Shown here piece after piece: positions 19,835 to 29,841 of a stretch of DNA of 64,000 nt. The stretch is from assembly GCA_031411095.1 (NCBI GenBank), contig JANOAK010000023.1:13896-77895 (forward strand), in the 5' to 3' direction. The translations under genes and the position numbers were made by a program. Source of the DNA: Flavobacteriales bacterium (lineage in GTDB: Bacteria > Bacteroidota > Bacteroidia > Flavobacteriales_F > PHOS-HE28). The notes beneath the pieces were generated by a model. It had not been told where the DNA came from. It saw nothing but the letters and a program-made list of their open reading frames with translations, and searched no databases. Each line of letters opens with the position of its first letter. The first letter of the stretch is position 1.

Positions 19835-21490
19835 TCACTTTCCCGCGGCGCGCTCGGCGGCCACACTTTGGATCACGCGCTGCAGCGTATGCCGTTCGAT
19901 GGGCTTCACGATATGCTCATCAAAACCCGACATGCGTGACCGCTCACGGTCGCCTTCCTGGCCCCAGCCGGAGACCGCCACGATCCTCGCGCGCTGTCCC
20001 CAAGGCGATCTGCGCATGTGTTGGCAGGCCTCATACCCGTCCATGATGGGCATGCCAAGATCCATGAACACCACATCGGGCCGGAACATGGCGCCTACCT
20101 CCAGGGCTTGCGCGCCGTTGTGGGCCACTTCCACCTCATTGCCCGTTTTCCGAAGCACCATGCTCAGCGACAGGGCCCCATCGAGATTGTCGTCCACCAC
20201 AAGGATGCGCAGGGACGGAACAGGGGGCGCGGAGGCCTCCTGAACGTTGGCCCTGCTGGTCGTTGGCACCTCGGCAAGCGGCAGGCGCAGGACAAACTCA
20301 CTGCCGTGGCCTGCACCTTCACTGTGTGCCTCCAACGTTCCGTTGTGCATGGCGGTGAGCCGTTTGGAGATGTTCAGCCCGATGCCCAGTCCACCGGCAC
20401 CCTGTATGCTTCCATCCACCTGGGTGAACATGTCGAAGATGCCCTCGATGGAAGCCGGGTCGATCCCGATGCCGTTGTCCTTCACACGCAGCACGGCGTG
20501 ATCGCCATCGCGTTCCATACGCAGTTCGATGCGTCCACCCGGGGGGGTGTATTTGGCGGCGTTGTTCAACAAATTGGACAGCACCTGCGCCAAGCGTGTG
20601 CTGTCCCCGTTCACGAGATAGGTGCCTGGGGATACGCGCAGATCGAAGCGGTGGTGTTGCCCCTTCATGAGCGGCATACTGGTCTCTACAGCGGTGTTCA
20701 CGATGTTCGTGAGGTCCACCACCGCTTTGCGCAACACCAATTTGCCCCGGCTGATGCGGCTGAGGTCCATCAGGTCGTCCACCAGGCGCACCATGTGGTT
20801 CAGTTGGCGCAGCATCATCTGGCGGGTGCTTTCCACCAGTGCGGGGTCGGACCCCGCCTCCAGGAGTTGCAGACCGTTCATGAGCGGCGAGAGTGGATTG
20901 CGCAATTCGTGGGCGAGCGTGGCCAGGAAATGATCCTTCTGGCGGGCACTTTCCTCGAGCGCGTTCCGATCCTTCACGCGCTGCGTGATGTCGCGGGTGA
21001 CGGAGAGCAGCCCGATCGCGCTTCCTTCCGCATCGCGCAACACCTTCGTCATGGACTCCACGTGAAGGACCTCACCATTTCGGGTCACCTGGATGTTCTC
21101 GCCGCGCCAGTGTCCGTGATCGTTGAGGCTGGCCATGGCGGCCTGCTCAACCTCGGGGTGCGCCCACCGCGTTTCGTACAGTTCGTTCACCTGCAATCCC
21201 AGGACATCGGCCGATCGGCGTCCGTACTGCTTTTCCGCAGCTTCGTTGATATAGGTGATGTGATGATCGTTGTCGAGGGCGATTACGGCCTCGCTCACTT
21301 GCTGCAACACTTGACCCCGGAACCGGTTGCTGGCGCTTTCCGCGCTTTCAAGGATGAACAGGTCGGTACCGTTCACCAGTGCATCCACATGTCCGTTGCG
21401 GATGGCCTCGAGGGTATCCTCCAGTTCTGCCAGTCGTTCGCGTAGCCGCTCATTCTCCAGGTGCAGTGAAGGATCGCGTTGCGTGTTCAT
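19835..21490 (-). CDS. Hybrid sensor histidine kinase / response regulator (PAS-HisKA-HATPase-REC)
   Basis: PAS region. H-box HELRNPLSPL. N/G boxes (DNGIGI, GGLGIGL). C-terminal receiver ILVVDDN...FMDLGMP...K. Confidence 0.85.
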   Translation of the reverse strand: MNTQRDPSLHLENERLRERLAELEDTLEAIRNGHVDALVNGTDLFILESAESASNRFRGQVLQQVSEAVIALDNDHHITYINEAAEKQYGRRSADVLGLQVNELYETRWAHPEVEQAAMASLNDHGHWRGENIQVTRNGEVLHVESMTKVLRDAEGSAIGLLSVTRDITQRVKDRNALEESARQKDHFLATLAHELRNPLSPLMNGLQLLEAGSDPALVESTRQMMLRQLNHMVRLVDDLMDLSRISRGKLVLRKAVVDLTNIVNTAVETSMPLMKGQHHRFDLRVSPGTYLVNGDSTRLAQVLSNLLNNAAKYTPPGGRIELRMERDGDHAVLRVKDNGIGIDPASIEGIFDMFTQVDGSIQGAGGLGIGLNISKRLTAMHNGTLEAHSEGAGHGSEFVLRLPLAEVPTTSRANVQEASAPPVPSLRILVVDDNLDGALSLSMVLRKTGNEVEVAHNGAQALEVGAMFRPDVVFMDLGMPIMDGYEACQHMRRSPWGQRARIVAVSGWGQEGDRERSRMSGFDEHIVKPIERHTLQRVIQSVAAERAAGK

Positions 21491-21508
21491 GGTCGTCCGG
21501 GTCGTGGA

Positions 21509-21823
21509 TCAAGCGGTCAACCTGGCCAGGAGGCCTGCGGTGTTGGAGAGGTCGCCGATGAACCGGCGGGTGGGCGCGGGGAACTTCTTCACCAACGTGG
21601 GCAAGGCGATGAGCTGCTCCTCCATCGCCAGTTCGGGATGGTTCGCCACGTCAAGCACCTTCAGTTCGTAACGGCCCTTGAGATGCTCCTCGCACACTTT
21701 ACGCACATTGGTGATGGCCCTGGCGGAGAGGGCCGTTGTTCCTGACACATAGAGATGGAGCACGATACGCCCTGCGCGCGCCGATACATCCGGGAATTCG
21801 GCGGGAGTGCCGGAAGACTTCAT
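21509..21823 (-). CDS. kaiB: KaiB (circadian-clock / thioredoxin-like) protein, copy 2
   Basis: [12 protein letters not shown]...[10 protein letters not shown]...RFIGDLSN matches the KaiB fold motifs. ATGA overlap with copy 1. Confidence 0.8.
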   Translation of the reverse strand: MKSSGTPAEFPDVSARAGRIVLHLYVSGTTALSARAITNVRKVCEEHLKGRYELKVLDVANHPELAMEEQLIALPTLVKKFPAPTRRFIGDLSNTAGLLARLTA

Positions 21824-22152
21824 CTCGTGGTCGAATTCAAGGGCAGCACGTCCAAGCCCACGAGCACCCGCTCCTTCTGGGACAGGTCGCCGATGATCTT
21901 GCGTATGGGTTCGGGCAATTTCCGGACCAGCGTGGGCACGGCGAGGATCTGGTCCCCTGCCGCCAGCTGCGGATGGAGGAGCAGATCGATCACTTCAAGG
22001 CTGTACCTGCCCGCAAGGTGATCCTCGCAGATGGCCTTCAGGTTCTTGATCGCCGCGATCGATTTGGGGGTTCCTCCGGCCACGTACAGGCGAAGCTGAT
22101 ATTCCGGCACAAGGTGGTGGATCGTGGTCTGTGGGGTTTTCCGTGAGGGCAT
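21820..22152 (-). CDS. kaiB: KaiB protein, copy 1
   Basis: [12 protein letters not shown]...[31 protein letters not shown] is a near-canonical KaiB sequence. Confidence 0.85.
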   Translation of the reverse strand: MPSRKTPQTTIHHLVPEYQLRLYVAGGTPKSIAAIKNLKAICEDHLAGRYSLEVIDLLLHPQLAAGDQILAVPTLVRKLPEPIRKIIGDLSQKERVLVGLDVLPLNSTTR

Positions 22153-22157
22153 GGCGG

Positions 22158-23714
22158 TCAGTGTTTCTTCCCTTTCGTTCGGGAGGTTCCTTTTACCGGT
22201 CGTTCCACGGGCAAGCCCCTCCGCGTTTCCTGCCGCATCCCGAGAGCGCGTGCGCGGCCGGTGAGGACCTGGCCGTTCTGGACATACACATCCACCAGGT
22301 TGATGCCGTCATCGGACAGCACGAATTCCCGCACTTCGTTGGAGTGGGCCATGCCACGCGACTTCAGGAGTGTGAGCAGCCGGCTGCGTTCAGCGTTCTG
22401 TTCCACGTTGCGCAACATCAGCCACGTGTCCATCAGGGAGGAGACCCCGACCTCCGAATCCTCAAGCACGGTGGACTGCGCATCGGTGAGGCTGGTGAAC
22501 ATGGCGGTGATGTTCTTCACTTTCACATGATCGATCAGGCGCATGAGCATGGGCTTCACATCCTGGTCCCTGCGCTCCATGGTGAGGTTGCTGATGGGGT
22601 CCACCACCACCACGGCGGGATCTTTCTCGCGGATGAGGGAATGCATCATCACCAGATGGTCCTCCAGCCCGCTCAAGGTGGGTCGTGAGGCATGGATGGA
22701 CAACAGTCCTTTCTTCACCCAGCGCTCCAGGTCGATGCCGATGGATCGCATGTTGCGCATCAACTGGGAAGGCGATTCCTCGTAGGCGAAGAGCAACGCT
22801 CGTTCCCCGCGTTGGCAGGCGGCCTCCAGGAAGGCGGAGGAGATGCTGCTCTTGCCCGTGCCGGCCGAGCCGCTCACCAGGATGCTGCTTCCGCGGAAGA
22901 ATCCCTTGCCCCGCATCATGTCGTCGAGGGTGGGAATGCCGCTGGATACACGTTGGTTGCTGGCCTTGTGCTCGAGCATCAACGACGTGATGGGCAACAC
23001 GGAGATCCCCGAGGAGGTGATGAGGAAGGGATATTCGTTGCTACCATGTGCCGATCCGCGGTACTTCACGATGCGCAAACGGCGGGTGGAGATCTGGTCG
23101 CGGACCCGGTTGTCCAGCACGATCACACAATCGGCCACGAATTCCTCGAGGCCATGACGCGAGAGGGCATCCTTGCCACGTTCACCGGTGATCACCGCCG
23201 TAAGGCCGTGTTCCTTCAGCCAGCGGAAGAGCCGCCGCAGTTCAGCGCGCAGCACCGCCTCGTTGGGAAGGCTGGCGAAGAGCGCTTCCAAGGTGTCCAG
23301 CACCACACGCTTGGCGCCGATGCTCTTCACCGCATGGCCCAGGCGGATGAAGAGGCCGTCCAGATCGTACTCGCCGGTCTCCTCGATCTCGCTGCGTTCG
23401 ATGCGAACATGATCGATCACGATCTTCTTTTGCGCGACCAGTTTGTCCAGATCGAATCCAAGGGAGCGCACGTTGGCGGCCAATTCTTCGGCGCTCTCCT
23501 CGAACATGAGGAACACGCCGGGCTCCTTGAACTCGGTGGCCCCGCGAACAAGGAATTCGATGGCCATCATGGTCTTGCCACAACCGGCGCCCCCGCAGAT
23601 CAGCGTAGGCCTCCCCGCAGGGAAGCCCCCTGCGGTGATCTCGTCCAACCCCTGAATGCCGGTGGCGGCTTTGGGCAACAACACAGGTTTATTCTCAATT
23701 GGCATGACTACCAA
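22158..23714 (-). CDS. kaiC: KaiC (double RecA-like ATPase)
   Basis: Two Walker A motifs ([16 protein letters not shown]). [18 protein letters not shown]-terminus. ~518 aa two-domain architecture. Confidence 0.9.
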   Translation of the reverse strand: MVVMPIENKPVLLPKAATGIQGLDEITAGGFPAGRPTLICGGAGCGKTMMAIEFLVRGATEFKEPGVFLMFEESAEELAANVRSLGFDLDKLVAQKKIVIDHVRIERSEIEETGEYDLDGLFIRLGHAVKSIGAKRVVLDTLEALFASLPNEAVLRAELRRLFRWLKEHGLTAVITGERGKDALSRHGLEEFVADCVIVLDNRVRDQISTRRLRIVKYRGSAHGSNEYPFLITSSGISVLPITSLMLEHKASNQRVSSGIPTLDDMMRGKGFFRGSSILVSGSAGTGKSSISSAFLEAACQRGERALLFAYEESPSQLMRNMRSIGIDLERWVKKGLLSIHASRPTLSGLEDHLVMMHSLIREKDPAVVVVDPISNLTMERRDQDVKPMLMRLIDHVKVKNITAMFTSLTDAQSTVLEDSEVGVSSLMDTWLMLRNVEQNAERSRLLTLLKSRGMAHSNEVREFVLSDDGINLVDVYVQNGQVLTGRARALGMRQETRRGLPVERPVKGTSRTKGKKH

Positions 23715-24332
23715 ACTAATCGGTTTTTGTTAGATAAAAAAGGGCCGCGTTAAGGGACGGCGGGAAGCCCACGATGGCGCGTTGGTCCATCTCATCTCAC
23801 CGCGGGCTTGCCCATCCTTCGACCTGTGGGTTGTTGCGGTGTTGGGTCGGCTGGATGTTCCTTCGACGGCTGGAGCGGCTGGCCAGGATGGTTCGGGACC
23901 TCCCTTGGGGTGATGGTGGGAGTGCCTGGCAGCGGCCCAGGGGATGGCTTGGGGCCCGGCCCCGGATCCGGTGCGGGCTCCGGCGTTCCGGGTAGCGTAG
24001 GACCGGGGGTCATGGGTTGCGGATCCGGGGGGTCCACCGTGAGGGTTCCAGTGATCGATCCACTGGACCGGAAGTTCTGCTCGATCATCATCGGTTTTTT
24101 TCGGAACCGCTGCGATCGCAATGCCGTAAAGGTCCCCCCACGCGAAGCCGATTTCCCGTTGGAACAGGGGAGGTTTCTCCCCGATCAGGGCACCGGTTAC
24201 CACGGAACGGGTAGGCCCATTGGTTTCGAATGGTCGTCTCTACGGCCACAAAACGTGAAGGCCCCATCCCTGGGGCCTGCACGTTCGATGAACAGTAGTG
24301 TCAAGGGGTCGCCTTTCGGTCAGTCCTTGGCC

Positions 24333-24716
24333 CTAGTCCTTCATCTTCTCTTTCTGGTCATCACGCAGTTCGCCTGTGCCTTGTTGGCGCTTCTTGTCCC
24401 ACTTGGCATATTGCTCATCGTTGAAGATCAGGCGCAGTTCGCGATCGCGCTCCTTCATCAACACCTCCACCTTGTCGGCCATCTGGCTCTCCGTCAACTT
24501 GGGGACGGCGTTCTCCAAGGCCTCGTGCTTGGTGACGTAACGATCATTGATCTCCTTCAGCTTCGCTTGCTGCGTGTCGTTCAGTCCGAGCTCCACGTTC
24601 AGCACCTGGGTATTGATGGCCACCCAGGCCTTGTCGGTGGGGGAAGGTTTATCGGTCTGGGCATGCGCACCCAGTCCCAAGAGGGCGATGGCGCTGATCA
24701 CAAGTGCTGTTTTCAT
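24333..24716 (-). CDS. Periplasmic LTXXQ-motif (Spy/CpxP-like) protein
   Basis: Signal peptide MKTALVISAIALLGLGAHAQ. Repeated charged helical segments with LNDTQQAKLKEI / LTESQMADKV motifs. Confidence 0.5.
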   Translation of the reverse strand: MKTALVISAIALLGLGAHAQTDKPSPTDKAWVAINTQVLNVELGLNDTQQAKLKEINDRYVTKHEALENAVPKLTESQMADKVEVLMKERDRELRLIFNDEQYAKWDKKRQQGTGELRDDQKEKMKD

Positions 24717-25003
24717 GAGTTTGCAGGATTGGTTTGTCCCCGATACCTGTCCAAAATTGTTCCAAGGGGTGCACCCCTGCTTGGCGCGCACGGATAGCCG
24801 GGGTGGTACGAACATAGAACACCGGCACGGCGGGGCTTAGGCCCGATCAAGGAGTTGAATTTCGCCTGATCCGACTCGTCCCATTTGCCCACCGCAGCGG
24901 GGTGCATTTTCATCGACCGTGTGGATTCTTGTCCACAAAATATCAACCCCGGTTTGCCGAGGCTCACGGAAGTGCGTGATCGGGGAAGACGGTCAGGTTG
25001 GCC

Positions 25004-25930
25004 TCAGTGCACCACGATCCGGACTGAGGCGGCACCCTGCACATGCACGAGATGAACTCCTGTGCGATCAAGGGTGACGAAGGCGCGACCATTCACCAAC
25101 TGGCCGTTGCCCACCACCCGGCCATCCGCATCGATCACGGCGTAGGGAAGCGTGGTGCCCACGGGACCGATGATCTGAACAGGGCCACCTGCGCGCACGA
25201 CCGATGGAAAGACCTGGACCGATGCATCGGGTAAGAGTTCGGCCATGGCCACAGTGGAGCATTGCTCATACAGCTGAGCCACCTCTGCTTCCGTGAGCGC
25301 GCGGGACCAAAGTCCCACTTCATCAATGCCTCCTACAAAGGCGGCCAGGTCCGAATCCATTCCGACGCGCACGTTCATGCCATTCGCATTCGGAGCCGGA
25401 ACGCCGCCCATGCTGGCCACCGCGATGGTATCCACATACAGCACCATGCTGTCGCCGTTGAACGTGCCGGTGAGCAGATGCCATGCGCTGTCGCCGTACT
25501 GCAACGCCGAACCCACCTGCCAGGGACCGCCATTGTTGATGGCGAAGAGCACCTGGTCGTTCTGGATGCCCAGGCCGAAACCGTTCTGGCTGAAGTTGAC
25601 ATGCTTGGAGATGACTGCGAGCGGAGAGGAGATCCCGCTGAAGCGTGCCCACGCCGAGACGCTGAAGGCGGTGGTGCCGAGGGTGTCGGTGTCGGCCAGT
25701 TCGATATGGTCATCCCCATCGAAGTAATACGAGCCATCGGCCGCGCCGCAGCGATCGCTGGCGAGCGTTGGGCTGTTGGGTGTGCCGTTGTGGCCCTGGC
25801 CGCTCTCGTCCACCGCATTGCCGTTGAAGCCGTACCAGGCCACGAGTCCGTTCAATGGAACGAAGGGGGGCTGCGCATGCACGGTGATGGTCATGGCCGC
25901 CGCGACAAGTAGAGTGCTAAGTCCTTTCAT
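25004..25930 (-). CDS. Secreted LamG/concanavalin-A-like lectin domain protein with T9SS C-terminal domain
   Basis: Signal peptide. LamG-like core. C-terminal sorting domain (...VFPSVV...GTTLPYAVIDADGRVV...VHLVHVQ). Confidence 0.65.
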   Translation of the reverse strand: MKGLSTLLVAAAMTITVHAQPPFVPLNGLVAWYGFNGNAVDESGQGHNGTPNSPTLASDRCGAADGSYYFDGDDHIELADTDTLGTTAFSVSAWARFSGISSPLAVISKHVNFSQNGFGLGIQNDQVLFAINNGGPWQVGSALQYGDSAWHLLTGTFNGDSMVLYVDTIAVASMGGVPAPNANGMNVRVGMDSDLAAFVGGIDEVGLWSRALTEAEVAQLYEQCSTVAMAELLPDASVQVFPSVVRAGGPVQIIGPVGTTLPYAVIDADGRVVGNGQLVNGRAFVTLDRTGVHLVHVQGAASVRIVVH

Positions 25931-26248
25931 GGTGATCGTGTTGCCTCTCAACCAAAATTAATAGATCAAGCTCACCCGCAAAGCGGGAGGTTGAGCATCC
26001 TTTTACGGGTAGGGGAAGCTCCGCCCACCTACCGCTTTACCGTGGTGGCCAGCATGGCGCAGGGGTGCGCGCGATCCAGCTTCTCGAGCGGTCGGACGCG
26101 CGATGCGTTTTGGGCAGCTCCTGCGATCGTGAACGGGTGATGGCCGTTATATCTTTCGAGAACGTGACCTATTTCTGCGCTTGATATATCGTGAGCAGAG
26201 CCGTCAACATCAACGGGACCGGTCGAACATCACCAGAACAGGACGCAC

Positions 26249-26614
26249 ATGGCACACTACGTAGATGGCTTCGTGATCCCGATGCCGGAGAAGAACCTGG
26301 CGGCCTACCGCCGCATCGCCACCAAGGCTGGCAAGGTCTGGATGGAACATGGGGCGCTCGCCTACTTCGAGTGCGTGGGCGACGACCTCGCACCGGAAGG
26401 CGTGGTGGCCACCTTCCCGCGCACCGTGAAGATCAAGCCCGGCGAGACCGTGGTCTTCTCCTGGATCATCTACCGCTCCCGTGCGCATCGCGATAGCGTG
26501 ATCAAGAAGGTGATGGCCGATCCGCGGCTGGCGACGATGATGGACCCCAAGAATTCTCCCTTCGATGTGAAGCGCATGGTGATGGGCGGCTTCAAGGTGC
26601 TCGTTGAAGCGTGA
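26249..26614 (+). CDS. DUF1428 family protein
   Basis: MAHYVDGFVIPMPEKNLAAYRRIA...FKVLVEA has the typical DUF1428 length and sequence. Confidence 0.7.
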   Translation: MAHYVDGFVIPMPEKNLAAYRRIATKAGKVWMEHGALAYFECVGDDLAPEGVVATFPRTVKIKPGETVVFSWIIYRSRAHRDSVIKKVMADPRLATMMDPKNSPFDVKRMVMGGFKVLVEA

Positions 26615-26785
26615 TAGGGGGCGATTCCTTCAGCGGGGCGGGTCGCGCTGAATGATGACGACGTGCAGCTGGCCGCAACCGCGTTCCCACTGCGGCTGTT
26701 ACGGATCCGTATTCCACTACGCACGCGCAGCGGTACAGAGATCAAGGAAGGCACGCTGTTGTAAATTCACCTTCCTGTTGGAAAA

Positions 26786-27280
26786 ATGAACAAGCACATG
26801 ACCCACGCAAAGAACACGATCTGCCTGTGGTACAATGGCGACGCCGAGGAGGCGGCCCGCTTTTACGCCAACACCTTCCCCGATTCCACCGTGAATGCCG
26901 TGTACAAGGCACCGGGCGATTTCCCAAGCGGAAAGCAGGGGGACGTGCTCACCGTGTTCTTCACCGTGCTGGGCATTCCCTGCATGGGGCTCAATGGGGG
27001 GCCAGCCTTCTCCCAGACCGAGGCCTTCTCGTTCCAGGTGGCCACGGTGGACCAGGCCGAGACCGATCGCTACTGGAACGCCATCGTGGGCAACGGAGGC
27101 CAGGCGAGCGCCTGCGGCTGGTGCAAGGATAAGTGGGGGGTCTCCTGGCAGATCACGCCCATCGCGCTCACGGAGGCGATCACCGATGCCGATCCTGCTG
27201 CGGCCAAGCGCGCCTTCGATGCCATGATGGGGATGCAGAACATCGACATCGCTGCCATCGAAAAGGCCAGACGGGGCTGA
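26786..27280 (+). CDS. VOC-family (PhnB / 3-demethylubiquinone methyltransferase-like) protein
   Basis: ICLWYNGDAEEAARFYANTFPDS...CGWCKDKWGVSWQI is the PhnB-like signature. Confidence 0.7.
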   Translation: MNKHMTHAKNTICLWYNGDAEEAARFYANTFPDSTVNAVYKAPGDFPSGKQGDVLTVFFTVLGIPCMGLNGGPAFSQTEAFSFQVATVDQAETDRYWNAIVGNGGQASACGWCKDKWGVSWQITPIALTEAITDADPAAAKRAFDAMMGMQNIDIAAIEKARRG

Positions 27281-27494
27281 TGGGGCGCAGAGCACCCGTG
27301 CAGAAAATGACCGATGCAATAGGCTTATTCCACCACTAAGCCGCAGGGTCATCCGCTCATCCAGGCTAAAGGCATGGATAGCGGAGAGATCAGGGCGTAT
27401 GCGGGAGGGCCCTGCACGGGCTGTGGATCCCCAGGCAAAGACTCGCATGGAGTGCAGCCACGGCACCGACAGGGGCATGGTTCAATTGTTGAGC

Positions 27495-27890
27495 AACGTA
27501 GGGCCCATGTTCGGCCGCAGTGCGCTAATGTTGGCCAACAATCCCCCGATGTTGGGCAATATTCGGCTGATGTTGGAGAACAATGCCCCCATGTTGGTCA
27601 ACATTCCCCCGATGTTGGACAACAATGTCCTGATGTGGGCTAACATTCCGCTGATGTTCGGCAACAATGCCCTGGTGTTGGTCAACATTCCGCCGATGTT
27701 GGGCAACACTGCCCTGATGTGGGGCAACATTCCGCTGATGTCGGACAACGAGCCACCTATGTAGATCAACATTCCGCTGTTGTTGGACAACGATCCACCG
27801 ATGTGGGTCAACATTCCCCTGATGTTGGGCAACACTGCCCTGATGTGGGTCAACATCCCGCTGAAGTTGGACAACAAACCCCCAATGCCA
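27495..27890. repeat. 21-bp tandem repeat (~19 copies; consensus CAACA(A/T)TCCNCTGATGTTGGG) = heptad period
   Basis: Direct reading of the sequence. The minus-strand frame stays open through the whole array (ORF 27482..28153, LPNIGGM/LTNTRAL heptads). The plus-strand frame contains a stop at ~27762. Confidence 0.85.
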
Positions 27891-27984
27891 GCACGCTGCA
27901 GCATTCGACGGCGCCGGTCGTGAGGTTCAAGCGCCAGTAGTATCGCAGCTGCCTGCGTGCCAGGGCAGCGGGGATCACCGACAA

Positions 27985-28021
27985 CTCGGGGCAGGCCGGC
28001 AAGAAGAAGGGGCGGAAGGAG
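27985..28021 (+). repeat. ~35-bp direct repeat copy A (..GGGGCAGGCCGGCAAGAAGAAGGGGCGGAAGGAG)
   Basis: One of three same-orientation copies (also ~31316-31348 and ~31923-31958), all intergenic, bounding gene modules of the island. Confidence 0.7.
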
Positions 28022-28146
28022 AACGGTCAAGCGCACGAGCGTTGACGCTTGCGCGAGTTGTGGGTTTTCCACAGCCAGGCGGACTATGAATGCGACGACG
28101 TTACTTTGAGCATCGGAGATTGACGATTTCCCCGCCATCAACAGCA

Positions 28147-29841
28147 ATGACAACCGCTCAGTTGACCCTCCTCGACCAGAGCGAGCTCTTGGAGCTTGTT
28201 CCTGCGCTTCCGCCGATTGAGGAAGGGGACAACCTCGGCGCCGTCTTCACCAAGGAATGGGTGGTGGATCTGATGCTCGATCTCTGCGACTATCGCGCGG
28301 AACATGACCTGTCGAAGATCCGGCTCTTGGAACCGTCCTGTGGTGATGGCGCGTTCCTCCAGTGCATCGTGAAGCGCCTGTCAACTTCGTTACGCACACA
28401 TGGCCACACCCTGAGCGATGCCCGCAACGCTATCCGCGCGTACGATCTGCAAAGCCGCAATGTGCAGGCTGCGCGCGAGCGAGTCGCGGAATTGCTCTTA
28501 GCTGACGGCTGGAACAACGTGAACGATCTCGTTGTGCACTGGATCCGCCACGCCGACTACCTGCTTGCACCCGACCCACCCCACTTCGATCTGGTGATCG
28601 GCAACCCGCCTTACATCCGTGCGCAGGAGATACCCGATGAGCGGCGCAACACCTACATCCGACTGTGGGACACCATGACCATGGGCACCGACATCTTCGT
28701 CGGCTTCATCGAGAAGGGCCTTCGCTCCTTGAAGCCCGAGGGCCGTCTGTGCTTCATCGTTGCGGATCGCTGGCAGCACAACGCCTACGGACGCAAACTC
28801 CGCAAGCTCATCAGCGAGCGCTACGCCGTGGATGCCATGTTCGAGATGCACGGCGTCGATGCCTTCGCAGCGCCCGTATCCGCGTATCCGGCGATCACCC
28901 TCATCCGGAGTGGCAAGCAGGGGTCTGTTCGGTACGCCAGCGCGCAGAGCGATCTCAACGCAGAAGGCGGGGAACGGCTCAAGGAATGGTTCGGACAGAA
29001 TGAGCCCGGTGCGACGCACGACCCGATGTTCTCGGCCTGCGTGCTGCCCGATTGGTTCCGCACCGAGGAGATCTGGCCCAGCGGCTCGCCTGAAGTGCTG
29101 GCCTTCCTGGAGGACATGTCCGAGCGCTTCCAAACGTTGGAAGATGCAACCACCGGTACCAAAGTGGGCATCGGCATTGCCACCGGTGCTGATGAGGTCT
29201 TCATCACCGATGATGCGGACTGCGTCGAAGCTGAGCGGTTGATTCCGCTGCTCACCTCAGCGGACATCACCACGGGCCGCGTGCGATGGAAAGGCAACTA
29301 CCTCGTGAACCCTTGGGACGAAAGTGGTCAGTTGGTTGACTTGTCGCATCGTCCCAAGTTGAGCGCCTATTTCGAGAAGCATTCGCCCATCCTGCGGAAG
29401 CGCCATGTGGCACAGAAGCGCATGGAACGCTGGTACGGTACCATCGACAAAGTGCATGCAGGCTTGCGCGAACGGCCCAAGCTGGTGCTGCAGGACATGA
29501 GCAGCACCATATCACCCGTGCTTGATACGCAGAACTATCCGCACCACAATCTGTACTGGATAACGAGCAGGGTGTGGGACCTCGAGGTGCTTGGTGGTCT
29601 CTTGCTTTCGGAAGTCGCCGAGTTATTCGTGCGCGCCTATGGCGTGAAAATGCGCAACGGCACCATGCGCTTCCAATCACAATACTTGCGCATGATCAGG
29701 GTGCCCGCTCCTTCAAGCCTCTCAACGGATCTTCAGGAGCGCTTGCGCACCGCTTTCCGAGAACGCGACCGCGCGATGGCCACACAAGCCGCATTGCTCG
29801 CCTACAATCTGGAGACGCTACCGAATTTCAAGGGGCGATGA
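28147..29841 (+). CDS. N6-adenine-specific DNA methyltransferase (gamma-class, Eco57I/TaqI-like)
   Basis: Motif I LEPSCGDGAFL and motif IV GNPPYIR. Start probably at MTTAQL (ORF opens at 28090). Confidence 0.8.
   Translation: MTTAQLTLLDQSELLELVPALPPIEEGDNLGAVFTKEWVVDLMLDLCDYRAEHDLSKIRLLEPSCGDGAFLQCIVKRLSTSLRTHGHTLSDARNAIRAYDLQSRNVQAARERVAELLLADGWNNVNDLVVHWIRHADYLLAPDPPHFDLVIGNPPYIRAQEIPDERRNTYIRLWDTMTMGTDIFVGFIEKGLRSLKPEGRLCFIVADRWQHNAYGRKLRKLISERYAVDAMFEMHGVDAFAAPVSAYPAITLIRSGKQGSVRYASAQSDLNAEGGERLKEWFGQNEPGATHDPMFSACVLPDWFRTEEIWPSGSPEVLAFLEDMSERFQTLEDATTGTKVGIGIATGADEVFITDDADCVEAERLIPLLTSADITTGRVRWKGNYLVNPWDESGQLVDLSHRPKLSAYFEKHSPILRKRHVAQKRMERWYGTIDKVHAGLRERPKLVLQDMSSTISPVLDTQNYPHHNLYWITSRVWDLEVLGGLLLSEVAELFVRAYGVKMRNGTMRFQSQYLRMIRVPAPSSLSTDLQERLRTAFRERDRAMATQAALLAYNLETLPNFKGR

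Noticed and set aside
23715-23760. Bacteroidota -7 promoter box upstream of kaiC
   Set aside because: Only a 7-mer TAGTTTG (one T short of TAnnTTTG) is present. Too weak to call.
23730-24797. ORFs 23808..24797+ and 23730..24203- / 23792..24121- (Gly/Pro-rich translations) in the kaiC upstream region
   Set aside because: Low-complexity composition, partial antisense overlap with the Spy-like gene, and no signal or domain. Treated as non-coding 5' region of kaiC.
27399-27764. Plus-strand ORF across the 21-bp repeat array
   Set aside because: Interrupted by an in-frame TAG at ~27762. Only the minus-strand frame is continuous.
27495-27890. CRISPR array hypothesis for the 21-bp repeats and for the 62.3-62.9 kb repeats
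   Set aside because: Units are contiguous with no unique spacers (21-bp array), or are irregular in length and spacing (62-kb region). No cas genes nearby.
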